DNA of 64,000 nucleotides from Camelus ferus (lineage: Eukaryota), in NCBI RefSeq assembly GCF_009834535.1, contig NC_045697.1, forward strand, positions 9,736,001 to 9,800,000, given 5' to 3'. Under the pieces are notes generated by a model, which had not been told where the DNA came from, did no database searches, and saw only the letters and a program-made list of their open reading frames with translations. Shown piece by piece: positions 1 to 13,009 of this stretch (within the stretch, counting starts at the first letter, position 1; every line of letters begins with the position of its first letter). A program made the translations under genes and the position numbers.

Positions 1-39
1 TTTTTGCTGAAAAAGTTTGCCAACTGTTGCTCCAGAGAG

Positions 40-284
40 TCGTGAAATTTGGAATCATCTCAGGCAAACTCGTCTTCTTTGGTCCCCATGTCCAATCAGT
101 CACCATATTTCATGGGAGTCTATCTTCAAAATCTCTCCTGAGTCTCTGCTTCTCTCTCCATCTCACAGCCACCACACCATCCAAGCCACCATCATGACTA
201 CCTCAGTCTCCTCCAAGAGCTCCTGGAGGCCACTTTTTCTCTCCTTTCCTGCCCACCCCACCAGACACACACACATGCACACGT

Positions 285-328
<44 letters not shown>

Positions 329-900
329 CTTCAAATAGCAGGCTGAGTAAGTGTTTTCAAGTGCAATTCATGCCAACTCCCTGCTTAGAACTGCTCAGAT
401 GATTCCCATTCCTCTTAGGATAGAAGATCACAATCCTGACAGAGACCCTGCGAAATCCAGCACCTCCTCCTCACCACCTATGAATTGAGAGACACTCCCC
501 TAATGCTGTTCTTGGGTCACACCAGCCTTCTTTCTGCTTATTTATTGAAGAGAGGCCTGCTTCTTCTTGCCTTAAGGTCTACACATAGGAGGATTTCTGG
601 TCTAGGAACAGACCTCTCCCTACATTCTCCATCCTCTTCGCCTGGATAACACCTACTCATCCTACAGGCCACAGCATCACTGTCACTTGCTCATGTACAG
701 CTTCCTGATCCTCAGCCCCATCCCCACTGCAGACCATGTCAGAATCCCCTGATTTACACTTAATGTTGTGCCTATTATTGCCTATTCAATATTTTCCCCC
801 AAGAAGGCAAGCTCTCAGGGATGGGATAAAAGGTAAAATCATGCCCATGGCCACCTCTACCTCCAGGACATGGCACACAGCCCTGCATATGGCAGGATGG
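40..900 (+). mobile_element. L2 LINE 3' fragment (ancient), interrupted by a (CA)n microsatellite
   Basis: L2-type motifs 'caccatccaagccaccatcat', 'gcaagctctcagggatggga' and 'catggcacacagccctgcata'; boundaries approximate. Confidence 0.7.
263..323. repeat. (CA)n microsatellite
   Basis: Directly visible CA run with a short interruption. Confidence 0.95.
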
Positions 901-1125
901 TGTCATGGTGAAGAGTGGACATCACTGCTAGACTTCCTGGACTGAAGTCTCCACTGCTCACCAGCTGTGTGATCAAACCATTTAACCTCTTTGTGTCTTA
1001 ATCTCTCCATGTGTAAAATGGGAGTGCTATAGTATAGTAGTGTATCACAGAGTGCTGTAAGCATGAGGTTTATTTAATATATGAAAAACACTTAGGACAG
1101 CATCAGGTAAAGGTTAAACACGACC
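890..1125 (+). mobile_element. MIR SINE
   Basis: MIR core 'accagctgtgtgatc...tttaacctctttgtgtcttaatctctccatgtgtaaaatggg'. Confidence 0.75.
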
Positions 1126-2665
1126 CAAGGACCTGAGTGTTTTCCATTCTGACTAGAGGAGGCTCTCAATAAAAATGGAATGGAGGAACGATTCATTTCT
1201 CCCAGGGAGCAAGTTTTTGGAGATTGCTATTTAATCTGAAGTTCATATCCATGCTACAATAACACTAGATACTTGACTTTGCCAAACACCATCTGTATCA
1301 TGCCCCGTACTTGCTTTTGCACATGCTGTTCTCTCATCATCCCCAGTATCTCTAGTGAATTCTATTCGTTGATGACAATACTTTGCAAGCGCTACCTTCA
1401 CCCTGAAGCCAGTTGTTCCTCCTGCTCCCAGAACAACCAAGACAAACTATCCTCCTTTTCCTCTGTGCTCTAATGAGACAGACAGATGATAGATAGATAG
1501 ATAGGATGATGTATTCCTCTGCTTCATTTTATATGTATATATAGTGATTCTGTAATGCTTTAAGTCAATTTTTCTGCACAGGGACCAAGGTGAACAAAAT
1601 TGTTACCACCTCAATATTCTCCGAACACAGTGTTTACACCTTTGCTATAACACTCAAGCTATTTTCTTTCCGTGTTTGTAGTAATCTACTTGTATCTTTT
1701 CCAGGAAATTTTAACCTGCGAAAGGGCAGAGACCACATCTTACCTTGGAATGGCCTCTTCTATGGATGCAGAAGGTGTTTCAAAAATGCTTAGTATTTTG
1801 TTACTGGTGATTGAATTCATTTCTGTCATCAGCACCTACGGAGACATAGTAGGCTTTTGAGCAAATGTTTGTGGAATTGTACCAAAACAAAAAGGTACCT
1901 TTGGCATTGGCCTCTTACTTTCTGAAATTAAACTTCAAAGACTAGCAGCAATGCAACCCAGTGCAAGACAGACAGCGGTTTTCCATTTACTGAGCCGAGA
2001 GACAGGGAAAAGGAGTATGTTCCTGAAGCCAATGTAGTAATGAGTCAGGGAGTCCCAGGGCAGAAATGGCTAGAGGATGCCAGCTAGAGAAGGCAATGAG
2101 ATTTTCAGGTCCCCTTCTAAGGTCAAATTGAAACCCTGGTTCCTGGGCATCTTAAGGCTTGCCCTTAGCGAGATATTACTATACACTGTATTGCTCTCAT
2201 TGGGCTGTTTGTTTCTTTGAGGACAATATGGTCTTCCTGACATACTATACACTTACATTGGGACCCACTGTGTGTGGGGCATGCAGCTATGTGCTAAAGA
2301 TGCAGCAGTGAAGGTCCTGTCTGCCAAGGAGCTCACAGCCTACAGGGGAAAAGAGAGAGAGAGAGAGATCTGGAAAACTCAGGAAGCCACACACTCACAA
2401 AAGAGATTAGAAGTCATTGTGCATAGAAAGTTGCTTGTATATGCTGTTGAGTGAAAAGAGCGTGTTGCAAAAAGTTTATTGAAATACATTTTTTGTTTAT
2501 ATATTTTTTTCTGTAGGAAACCACATTATAGGCATATGTGTGTGTGTGTGTGTGTATGTGTATTAAAATGTTATTTCTACTTCAGGTGAGTTGGAGTTGA
2601 TGAAAAGAATTTTCTATAGTGTTTGATTTTTTTTCAACAACAAGCATGACTTTTTTTAAAAAAAT

Positions 2666-2862
2666 AAACTTTTTATTTTTAGATAATTATAAATTCACAT
2701 GCAGTTGTAATAAATCATACAGAAAGATTCTACATGTACCCTTTATCCAGTTTCCCCCAATGGTAACATCTTGCGAAATTATAGTACATCACAACTAGGA
2801 TATTGACATTGATGCAGTCAAGGTGCAGAACATTTCTATCACTGCAAGGATCCCTCCTCTTA
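2666..2862 (-). mobile_element. L1MC-type LINE-1 3' end fragment
   Basis: 'ttttattttagataattataaattcacatgcagttgtaa...ccagtttcccccaatggtaacatcttgc' matches the antisense L1MC 3' UTR as I recall it. Confidence 0.8.
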
Positions 2863-3199
2863 TGAATGACTTATTTTTGCAAATAAAAAATACAATTTTT
2901 AGGAAAAATATTTAATAGACCACTGGTGCCAGAGAAGAAAGACTTAATTCATTAAGATTAGATCCTTTTTAAATTCTACATTTATTAAACTCCAGTACTC
3001 CCACCAGCTATTGATTTGAGGGAATAAAGATTCTGGGAGCTCTGGTGGTGCCTGAACTTCCATGGCTGCCTGGCATGCAGACGCCCTTCCTTTTCTGAGA
3101 ATGCCAAGAAAAGTGGGAGGAGGGCAGCATCTCCAGGGACAGAAGCCAAAGGAGAGCAGTTGCTTCCCCACTTCTGTGTATTGAGGGAAAGAGCACAAG

Positions 3200-3525
3200 A
3201 TCTGTGCATGACGAGGTGATGATCACAACCCTGACCCCTCAGGACCGTGAACCTTGAAGGGATGACTTAGAGGCACCGGGGTGGTAGAGCTTATGTGTCA
3301 AAGACACTGATACAGGAATCCAACGGTGTGGATGGTAAGTGACCAGTTCGGAGAAAAGCGGGCATCCTAGCCAGTTGAGCCTGTCACGGTCTGGTATTTG
3401 GGCCTTGTCAACTTTGGCCCCATTTTCCAAGTCCTCGCATCAATTCTGTGAGCCTTCAATTTAATTCATTCTCTGCGTCAATAAGCCAGAGTTTCTTTCT
3501 GTTGTTTGCAAACGAGGAACATTGA
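3200..3525 (+). mobile_element. Old ERVL/MaLR-type LTR remnant (3' portion)
   Basis: Terminal motif 'aagccagagtttctttctgttgtttgcaa' typical of old ERVL/MLT1 LTR ends; 5' boundary unclear. Confidence 0.45.
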
Positions 3526-4389
3526 GAGGGTTAAGTACCTACCATTTACAATTAACTGTATTTCCATTACCTCTTCAATTGTCAGATCAGTCTCATTAAA
3601 TGGGTAGTAGTCCAGTATGGAACTGGGTTCTCCTCCCCGCCCCCCAACCAGGATTCTAAATATTAGAAGTGCCCAAGCAATACAGTTGTTCTAAATAATA
3701 GGATTGTTAATGATCATCCATTTATTAAATTACCTACTAGTAATACATGAGTTTGCCACAGCTCACCATGCACGGGAATAATGGGATTCAGTGGACTGAA
3801 AATACTTGCTGTGTGATATCTCAATGCATTCTCCTGCAAGCCATCAGGGTTCTTGGTCATTTACATGGTTTGGGACAATAAAAAAACGATTTTGAAGCAT
3901 TGAATTACAACTGTGCAACTAGACATCCAATTTCTAAATATCCTTAATAAGGGAGTTTCTTAAAAGCCAAGAAAATGTCCCAGAAGAATGTACCCAGTAA
4001 ATATTGATTGAGGAAGGATCAAGCCAGTCTCTCTCTCTCTTAATTATTTTTTTAATTGTTCAGTGTTGATAAACTTAAACTCCAGAAATAGTCCTACAAA
4101 GAAATACACCAAATCCAGACATTCTAGATAAACGGCCTCCCGTCTTTCTGTTTTACGGCTGAGGAAACTGAGGTTCATATGGGCACTATAACACGTCTAA
4201 GATACGGCACAAGTAAATTTGAGACACAGCATTGCATTCATATTTCCTATCTGTCTCTGTAAAGGTAATTTGTCTAAATCTAATTTCTAATTCACTCCCC
4301 CTTTTTTCGAGCGTGGTTGCAAAGAGCTTAGAAGAGTGCCAAGCACACAGTGAGTAATACCTACCTGCCAGCTGTCAGATCATCATTAT

Positions 4390-5340
4390 GATCCATCTCT
4401 TCTTTAAGCCATCCACTGGATTTTAATTTCAATAATTATATTTTATCTCCAGAAATTCCCTTTCATTCTTTTACCCAATCTGCTTGGTCATGACTGATAG
4501 TCACTTTTTTGTTGTTGTTGCTGTCTTTATTCCAGTTTTACTTCTTCAAATACGACAGTTTTAGGTAGCATATCTGCATCTGATAATCTCAAGAATGTGT
4601 CTGCTGACTGTCCCTCATGATGGTCTGCTCCTGCAGGTACCTGATCATCTTTCTTTAGGAGTTTATATTTGGCTGAAGTTAACCTGCGGGCATCCTGAAG
4701 GCTCTGAGCTGAAGATGCTGACACCTTAAGAGAATTTACATATGGCATTTTTGGACACCAGGGATTGTTCTCAAGCTGGGGCCACTTTAATTTTTTGGCT
4801 TCATTTTTCCTGATGCCATGGATGGTACAGAATAATCCTAGGTCCACATGAGAACAGACCTGGACTGGAGCTAACAAACTCCAGGGGAGACAAGTATTAT
4901 CATTAAGTTCTACCCAGAGTCACAGCAAAGACAAAAACACTTTTCTTGTTAGTTGCAGGCAGATTTTTTTTTTAGTCCATCTATTCACTGACTTTATAGA
5001 CACTTACAGTGTCATGGTTTATGAGGGGATCTCAAGTCCATTCCCCCCTATTGCTTGAGCTCCAGATCCATTTATTCATAGTCTATGTGATCAAGAACCC
5101 TCAAAGCTTCAGGTGTACCTCGCTGAGTCATTTTACCCAGGATGACTCTGGTGACGTGATTACTCATCTCTCTGCTTTCAACTCATGGCTTGTTAGTTTG
5201 CAGGCTTGTCCTTTAAGAAAGTCCTTCCTTTCTTGGGGACTCAGAAACAAAGTGTGGGTTTGTTTGATTGTTTGTTTTGTCAACACCTGGATACTCCATA
5301 GCACAAAATTTCTCCAGGCCATCTTATCCACCACTTAGTT
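4390..5340 (-). mobile_element. Old L1 (L1ME-like) fragment
   Basis: T-rich antisense L1-like text 'ccatccactggattttaatttcaataattatattttatctccagaaattcc'. Confidence 0.5.
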
Positions 5341-5999
5341 GGAAGAAGAAATTTACACAAACCTCACGGATAATTGCAATATATAACTGTGCTCTGGGCC
5401 AATCCAGCCTGAGAGAAAGAGGATCCACATGAACTTCAGCCTCCCGCACCCACCCCTTTCAAGTGCCCCCTGAAGAGCTTTTCCAGGTCCTCGGAGGGTG
5501 TCTCACAGGTGCTCTGACAATGACCAGACTTTTACCTTTTTCTCTTGTTCTTTCTGGATCACAGCCCCACTATTACTGGTCACCAAAGGTGCCAAAGTGG
5601 ACACTTTATCCCTCTTGTCCATGAAAAGACCTTTGATACCACTGCCCAAGGACCCAGACACTGACTGTGAGATCAAGAATGCCAACACCAAGGGTCACAG
5701 CACCATCCCACATCACCCCAGCTGGTTCATCCCTGTCATCAAGGCCACAGCTCCAAGGCTATTGGCATCTTGGTCCCCAGCCTCTACAATAATCATAAAA
5801 AGATCACTTCAAAAAAATTTTAGCAGTAAGAGACAAAGACATTCACTATCCTTGTGAATAACATTTGCTGAGTGTACCAGGAACTGTGTGATTTCTCTAT
5901 ACACGTTATCTCATTTAGCCCAAGGCAATCCTCTGGTCTTCAACGAGTATCTGCTGACCGATTGTAGATGTCTCTCACTTTTTTCAAATGAGCGTCTAT

Positions 6000-6260
6000 A
6001 CCACATCATGGTTAAGAATGCTGGGTTTCAATTCTTCTGCTGCTGTTTATAAAATGTGTGAGCTTGAGCAAAGTACTTCATCTGTCTCAAAGGCTCAGTT
6101 TTCCAATCTGTAAAATGGAGCCAATCAGAAAATATGCCCCATAGGGTTGTCCTGTGCTTCAGATAAGAGAATCACCATAAAATGTTTGGCTCCATGCCTG
6201 GCATGTTGTAAGTGCCAAATGCATGTTGGACATTTTTAATGTTTTGTTATTATTATGTAC
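6000..6260 (+). mobile_element. MIR SINE
   Basis: 'tgtgtgagcttgagcaaagtacttcatctgtctc...ctcagttttccaatctgtaaaatgg...atgcctggcatgttgtaagtg'. Confidence 0.8.
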
Positions 6261-7974
6261 ATCAACATAAGAGTTAGTGAGCTCAGGATAGATGGTGCTC
6301 ATTGTGACTTTTTCATTGAATGAATACTAAAAATATAGTTAGTAGACAATGTTGACTCTAAAAGAGGGGGGGTCACAGATTCAAAAATGTTATAAACTAA
6401 CAACCTAAAGAAATCCACTCCTGCCTCACAGGACTGCAGTGGGAATTAAAAGAAAAGAGAATTGGGTGACCACAGGTCCAGAAGGTTCACAACCATCTGT
6501 GCCTTCAGGGGAGATCAAGGCCATGAAGACCTGAGGGAACAGGGTCTGGAACAAGAGCAGCTCATGTGGCAGAGACGGGTGTAGGGGGCTGTATCAAATC
6601 TCTTCCTGCATCCCTGATCTGGGCTTTGATAGGCCAGACCTGCCCATGTGTTAGAGTTCTGGAACTGATGGGAGAGGTTAAACACACAAAGCCAACATTG
6701 CCAAGGCCCAGGATCTCACAGGGGTGACAGGAGAATCACATGCAGGCATCTCTTACGGTTTCTGAGGTTCTTTTATTTTAAGTGTATGTCAAAATAACAC
6801 GCAAGAGGACAAAGGGAAACCAAATGAATGGCACAGACTTGAAGATACAACAGGGAGATTGTATTTATATCCATATTGCTATCCACATCTATACCATATC
6901 TCTATTTTTATCTGTGCTTTTATCACCAGTCTCATCTTTCTCATGCAGTTAGGAGTCATCTTCTGCAGAGCTGGCAAGCAATGTGGGATTCAGGGATGGC
7001 CCTGACGTATAAAAACCTACAGTGATAATTACTTATTTTCTGTCTCTCTCTCTCTGCACCCGCTGCTTGGCTTTTCTCTTTCTTGGGACATGGAGTCCTC
7101 ATTTATGCTCGTTAAAATGTGTTAATGAGAACTTTGTAGAAAGAAAAATGAGGAAAGTAAGAAAGAGAAAAAAAAGACACCTCGAGGGAATTTAGGTTCT
7201 AGTTACTAAGCAGGACAGAGCAAAGTTGGACAACCCCTAAGATGTATTTTTTTGGCCATGAACATATTATCTTGTTTGCTCACTAAAGATGCTTATGACT
7301 AATTCCTTAGTCTCTCTGAGTCCATAGATCAGTCCATAGTGGCATGAACTGGTTTTCAATTCAGTAAACCTGCTTTGAATACCTACTGGAGGGGAGGCAC
7401 ACAGCTAGATGTGCGGGAAATAAAGCTCAAAAATATGTCCCTTCCTCCTGCCCGTGTCCAGCTGGGTCGGTCAACCATAATCACCCTCCAAGGCTCCTAT
7501 GTGCAACCTTCTCTGGTGCACAATGCTTGGCACATGGTAGCTACTTAATAGATATTTGCTTAGTGAACAAGTAAATAAATTTACCTGGATACTCAAGCAC
7601 AGTCAAGGCACACCGCAGTCCCAGTGGGCGGGGCCGTGCCTCTTTCTTTAAAAACAACTCAAACCTGCCAAGCATGACTATTTGTATGAAACCCTGTGTT
7701 TCCTTCTTTTGAAACATTGGGGGGTTCCTCTTACCTCATTTGTCTTGGTCCTTGCTTACTCCTTACCTCTATTCCCCACTCCAGGTCTGGTAGCTTCCCA
7801 CTCTTGTACCCTGTTAACACAGCTACTGAAATATCTATTGACTGATTCTAACTTTGCTGCAGTATTTCCCTGTGGACCTTTTGGGCTGGATCTGAGGTGA
7901 GCTGTCAGCTGTTGAGAAAGAAATCTCCAGCACATACCAGGTCTCCATCTCACTCGGCTCGGCCTTTCCACTTG

Positions 7975-8480
7975 ACCCTATCAGTTTTTAAAAAAGGTAT
8001 TGACGTGGTCAGGGCTGTGTGCTTTGGGGAAGATCACCCTGAAGGAAATGGCAGATGAAAGGGAAATTAGAGTGGAGGCAGAGAGCTAAAAACTATTCAG
8101 CCATCCAACTGAGAAGAAATGAAGGTGGTGATGAGAAAGGGAAGAAGGAAGAAATGAGAGAGACATTGTGGGAGGCAAATGGCCTGGAAAAGGGGATTGA
8201 ATGAGATGCAGGCCCCATGGGCTATGCTGAACTGGTGACCTATGAAGCACGCACTGTACGAGAGCCTTTGAGGATACGAGCTGCCCAAGAAGGCGCCTTA
8301 GAGACAGTGACGTGGGATGAGTCCTCAGTGACGAAGAGTCTGCAGTGGCATGGGAGTGAGGAGGGTGGGAGCCAGTGTGTGTGTGGGGGAACCTGGTGGA
8401 AACCACAGACATGATCTTGGATACTGAAGTGTCCTTAATGCTAAGACTGATGGGTAAGAAAGATACAGTGGGAGTCTGTT
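7975..8480 (-). mobile_element. L2 fragment
   Basis: Purine-rich antisense L2 text 'gctttggggaagatcaccctg...agtggaggcagagag...gatcttggatactgaagtgtc'. Confidence 0.55.
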
Positions 8481-10299
8481 GTTCTTGTCTGTCCAGCACT
8501 CATGTCCCCTTCTTCTGAAAACAAAGCCTATCTTTCCCGTGGAAAACCATATCACTGTGAATTAGGAAGAGACAACTACTTCTTTCCCCACAGCTACTAG
8601 AGTGAACAAATAACCCAGGCCCAGCCAACGCGGGGATGCTCTCACCCTGGCCTAAGTGATTGGCTCATTTTGACAACTGGCTCCCAGAGATTCAATCAGA
8701 ATTACTTAAAAGATTTAGATGACCTATTCCATGGCATTAGGATTAGGATTTCTTTTTCTAGGCACACGGATCTTTCATTTGCGTATAATAAAAATCTAAC
8801 ACCAACTAGCTTAAGACCAAAAAAAGAAAAATCATCTTGGTTACCAGGCTACTTTTCCTTCCACTGTACCCTACTGTCTTCATCATCCTGATAGGGACTT
8901 CATAGAGTTGTGTAATGGAGACAGATTATTCGTTCTGAGAAAAGAGATCTGTTCTGCTAACTATACAACTGTCTTCTCGGCATTTCTCCTCTGTTCCCAC
9001 TTCACATGATTTTTTAAAGATGTAACAGAAGATGGTGTTGCTTTATATCACACACACATACACCCATGCCTTTAAGAAAGTGCTACTAGCTTTTATCTCT
9101 GGTTGTCTGGCTGTTTTTATAACTCTCTTTCTTTCCATATGCTGGGCTTTTCGAGGCAAAAATAAAAATTAGTCTTAGGAGAGAGGTTAGGATAAACCAA
9201 CGCCACCTTATTGTTGTAGAGCTAAGGAAATCGCACCAAGTAAACACCTATTTTCTACATTGAAGACACAGAGCTGCGCTGCATACTGGAGTTTGCAGAA
9301 TTACTGAGAATCAATCCACACCTACTCGGTACTTATATTCTAAAAGGAATCAAACCTGTATTGCTCAATTGAGGTGCTGGAAATTTCTTCTAGTTATCGC
9401 CTCCCAGTTTAATGTAAGTATGTCTGTCTCTGGACAACTTTCATGAGGCAAATGGAAAGATCTGGTCTTCACATGGCCAATAAGAACCCGTTATCAATGG
9501 AGTGCGTTTTTATAGGATTTTAGAGATGCACATTTAGAAACTGCTTGGAGTGATTTGGATATGAATATTTAAATAAGCTCCAATTTTTAAAAACGCTGTT
9601 AACTAGAAAACTTATGCTGGTACACTTTTAGCGAAAAATCAGAAAATCACCAGAGAACTTGCTGAAGTCAGGGATTATCTCAAAATATAAAATTTGAAAA
9701 GTCTAGGCTAATCACATAAATGGTTACTCATATTTTTCTGGGTTTCTACCATTGCAGAAATTTCACTTATAGACTCTTATTTGAGTTAGGGAGAACAGGC
9801 ACTATTATTTTCACCCTCTTTTGACAGCTGTTAAAATTGAGGCACAGAGTAGTCAAGCAAATTCCCAAAGGGCAGGCAGCTAATAAATGGGGAAGGTGTG
9901 ACTCAAAGAGCAGTCTGCCTGTAAGTCCAAAAGGGAGCCTAAGAGAAGATGGGGTCTAAAGTCAGAGCTTCCCAGGCATTGACGAACCCTGTGACATTGG
10001 TCCAGTTACTTAATCATTTTAATAGTTTAATTGGCTTCCTCATTTATCAAACATGGATAACATTGATCTGGAAGTCTTATTTGGGGAATCAAATAAGATA
10101 ATGTAAGTTGGACATTCAACCTGTGGTGTGTAGTCAGTGTTGGTTCCCTTCTTCCTCCTTCTCTCGGAGAACATTGCAAATTTAACATGTACAACAATGT
10201 GGTTCCAAAGCCATGATCAATTTGTAGATGCTCATGGATTCAGAATAAAAACCATGCAAGGTCCTTGGCCATCAGTGAAATATTTATTCAACACTCACT

Positions 10300-11040
10300 A
10301 TCTCCAAACCCACTCCTGCCCAATACAACCCCCAGCTGTGTACCTCCTTTATTTCTTGTATGAGCAGCCCCCCAAACCGGAAACCTGCAAGGCAGCCCAT
10401 GCTCCTCCTTCCTCCTGCCCTTGACATCTTATCAGTTATTGAATCCTACTCATGTCACCTCCTAATAATGTCTCCTTATGTGTGCTTTCTCCCTTCCGCC
10501 ATCATCTTCAGTGCTCTTACACATCCCATTTATTGCTGCAGGACAGTCTGCGTCAGCTGTCAACCCGCTCTATTCTATCTTCCAGGATGCTTTCCATCGT
10601 AAGTCTGTAAGATACTGATCTAATCACAGAACACCTGCACCGAGTTCTCCAACCTCTCCAACTGTCTGAGGTGTCTACGATCTCTAGCCTGGCACAAAAG
10701 TCCACCATCAGCTGTTCTTCACTTCAATCTTCTACCATATCTCCCATGTTTCTTCCAGAACTTCCCTGGACCATGTCTAACTACTCTAGTTCTCTAAAGG
10801 TGCTTTGCTCTTTCTCATCCTCTGTGGTTGATATCTCTGATTGGAAAACTTGCCCTACTTTATTTTCTGGGAAATTATCTTCGTCATTAAAAATCAGCAC
10901 AATATCCATCATTTCCTCTAGGGTGACGTCCTTGATCCTATTCCCCCAAAGCTGGGTTATATGCCACTAATATGTTTCCATAGCACTGTATGTTTGCCCT
11001 ATGTTTTCAAAGCACTTTTCAGAGGGTGTTGTAACTGGTA
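10300..11040 (+). mobile_element. L2 fragment
   Basis: Pyrimidine-rich L2 text 'gctttctcccttccgccatcatc...ctgatctaatcac...tttccatagcactgta'. Confidence 0.55.
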
Positions 11041-11064
11041 GTTGATCTCTATGAAGAGAGAGTT

Positions 11065-11790
11065 ATGAGGTGCAATATTCTATCAAGATTGAAAGCATGT
11101 TCTATAACTGCCTGGGTTAATCTCATGTAACATCACTTACCAACTATGGGATCTTAGGTAAGTTTAATTGACCCTTCTATGCCTTGATTTCATATTTGTC
11201 AAAAAGTGTGTATTAGTTTCTTTTGGCTGCTATAACAAGTTACTACAAACTCAGTGGCTTAAACCAACAGAAATTTATTCTCTTACAGTTCTGAAGATCT
11301 GAAGCCTCATATTAAAGTGTTGACTGGGCTGTTCTCTCTCTGAAGATTGTAGGAAATTATCTGTTCCTTGCCTCCTCCATCTTTTGGTGGTACAGGATGT
11401 TCCCTGACTCGTAGCCACATCACTGCAATCTCTGCCTCTAATGTCACATGGCCTTTTGTTCTTCTCTATATATCTCCCCTCTGTGTGTCTCTTACAAGGA
11501 CATTTTCCATTGGTTTCATGGCCCATCTTGGTAATCCAGATGATATCCTCATCTCAAGATCCTTAACTTAATTACATCTGTAAAGACCTTTTTTCCAAAT
11601 AAAGTTATGTTCATAGGTTCCAGGGATTAGAACATAGACATATCTTTTGGGGAGCCACCATTCAACTCACTACAAGTTTACCTAGCTCTTATGTTTCTTG
11701 GGAACATTGAACGAGATTGTGCATGTAAAGATCTCTGAACAGTACCTGGCAGAGAATAAATGTTCAATAAATGACAGCTATGATGATGAT
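11065..11790 (+). mobile_element. MIR split by an MLT1 insertion (parts about 11065-11208 and 11675-11790)
   Basis: MIR 5' half 'cacttaccaactatgggatcttaggtaagttt' resumes after the LTR as 'gtgcatgtaaagatctctgaacagtacctggcagagaataaatgttcaataaatg'. Confidence 0.7.
11209..11674 (-). mobile_element. MaLR solo LTR (MLT1B/C-like)
   Basis: TG...CA termini; 'tgtattagtttc...gctgctataacaagttactacaaactcagtggcttaaaccaacagaaatttattctcttacagttctg' and 'caccattcaactcactaca'. Confidence 0.9.
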
Positions 11791-13009
11791 GATGTTTCAC
11801 AGTGATTATCTCACAGGTTGGCACATACATAGTCCTTAACACCTAGTTTCTTATTTTTTAAAACTGTGCTTCTTCGGTCAAAAAAGTTAACAAGAACATT
11901 TGAAATGTATTACTAACAGCAAGAGTTTAAATAGGTTTTTCTAGTTAATCTTCACTTTAACAACAACAACAAAAGTTAAACTGACCAGAACTCTCATCCA
12001 CCATCACCCATGAACGAGCCTTGGCAATGCCTCCAGTAGTAGCGAGTTCCTGAAGGGAGTTTATACATGCCAGCATGGAGCTCTTTGTTCTTTGCCAGCA
12101 CCCCAAAATGAATGACTTTGCTTGAAATAAAGTTGGAGAGATTCTATGTACATGATTATAGACTTGGAAAGGCTAGGAAAGCAACCATCAAATAGCCACC
12201 ATGCAAGATGACAGATGTGAGGATGGGCCGAGTTGGCAAAGAGATGACATTCCTCAAGTCACTCCTTGAGTTGGTGACCAAGCAGAGACTAGCACCCAGG
12301 TCTCCAGATTCACCCCAGTCTTATTCTCACCAGTGATCTGCCTCATGTTATTGACACTATTTAGTGCAAGAAATTAATATACATAGTAACATCATCTACT
12401 TAAAAGGATGGAGAAGGTCAAGAACCTTAACACAGACTTATTGTCATAAGTTTGCAATATTCTATTCAAATAGACCCATGTAATGACACAGATAATACAG
12501 CCATATAAACTTGTATTTCACTTTTATTTGGTAATAGCAACAGAGAAAAGCAGTGTGGTGTATTCCAGCCACCTCATTTTTACACCCAAGGTCCTCTGTG
12601 ACTTTCCTTGATAATACAATCAACTCTTCCCTGTCACATACCTTCTACTCCAATTAAAAGAGGTGCTAACTCCATACCTAGTCCACACTTTTGCTCCATA
12701 CCTAGCCCACACTTTCTCTAGTCCATATTGTTTTTCCAGCTCTTGTTCTTTGTACCTTAAACACCATCCCCTCTATTTCTACATCTCCAAGTTCCATCAT
12801 CCTTGAAAGGCTCAGTTCAAACATCATATGATCTAAAAAGCCTTCCTTTCCACTCCCACTTGGAACCAACATTTCTTGTCTCTGAACCCCCAAATCATAT
12901 TTTTTATACTTCTCTTGCAGTATTAGTCATCTCCTAATTTATATTTTTATATCTTTCCTTTTAATGTAGTAAGTTCTCAGAGTTAAACAAAGTTAAACAA
13001 GTAATACTG

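Noticed and set aside
17..346. 109-aa ORF ending in HT repeats
   Set aside because: Lies in L2 plus a (CA)n microsatellite; the repeat produces the HTHTHT run
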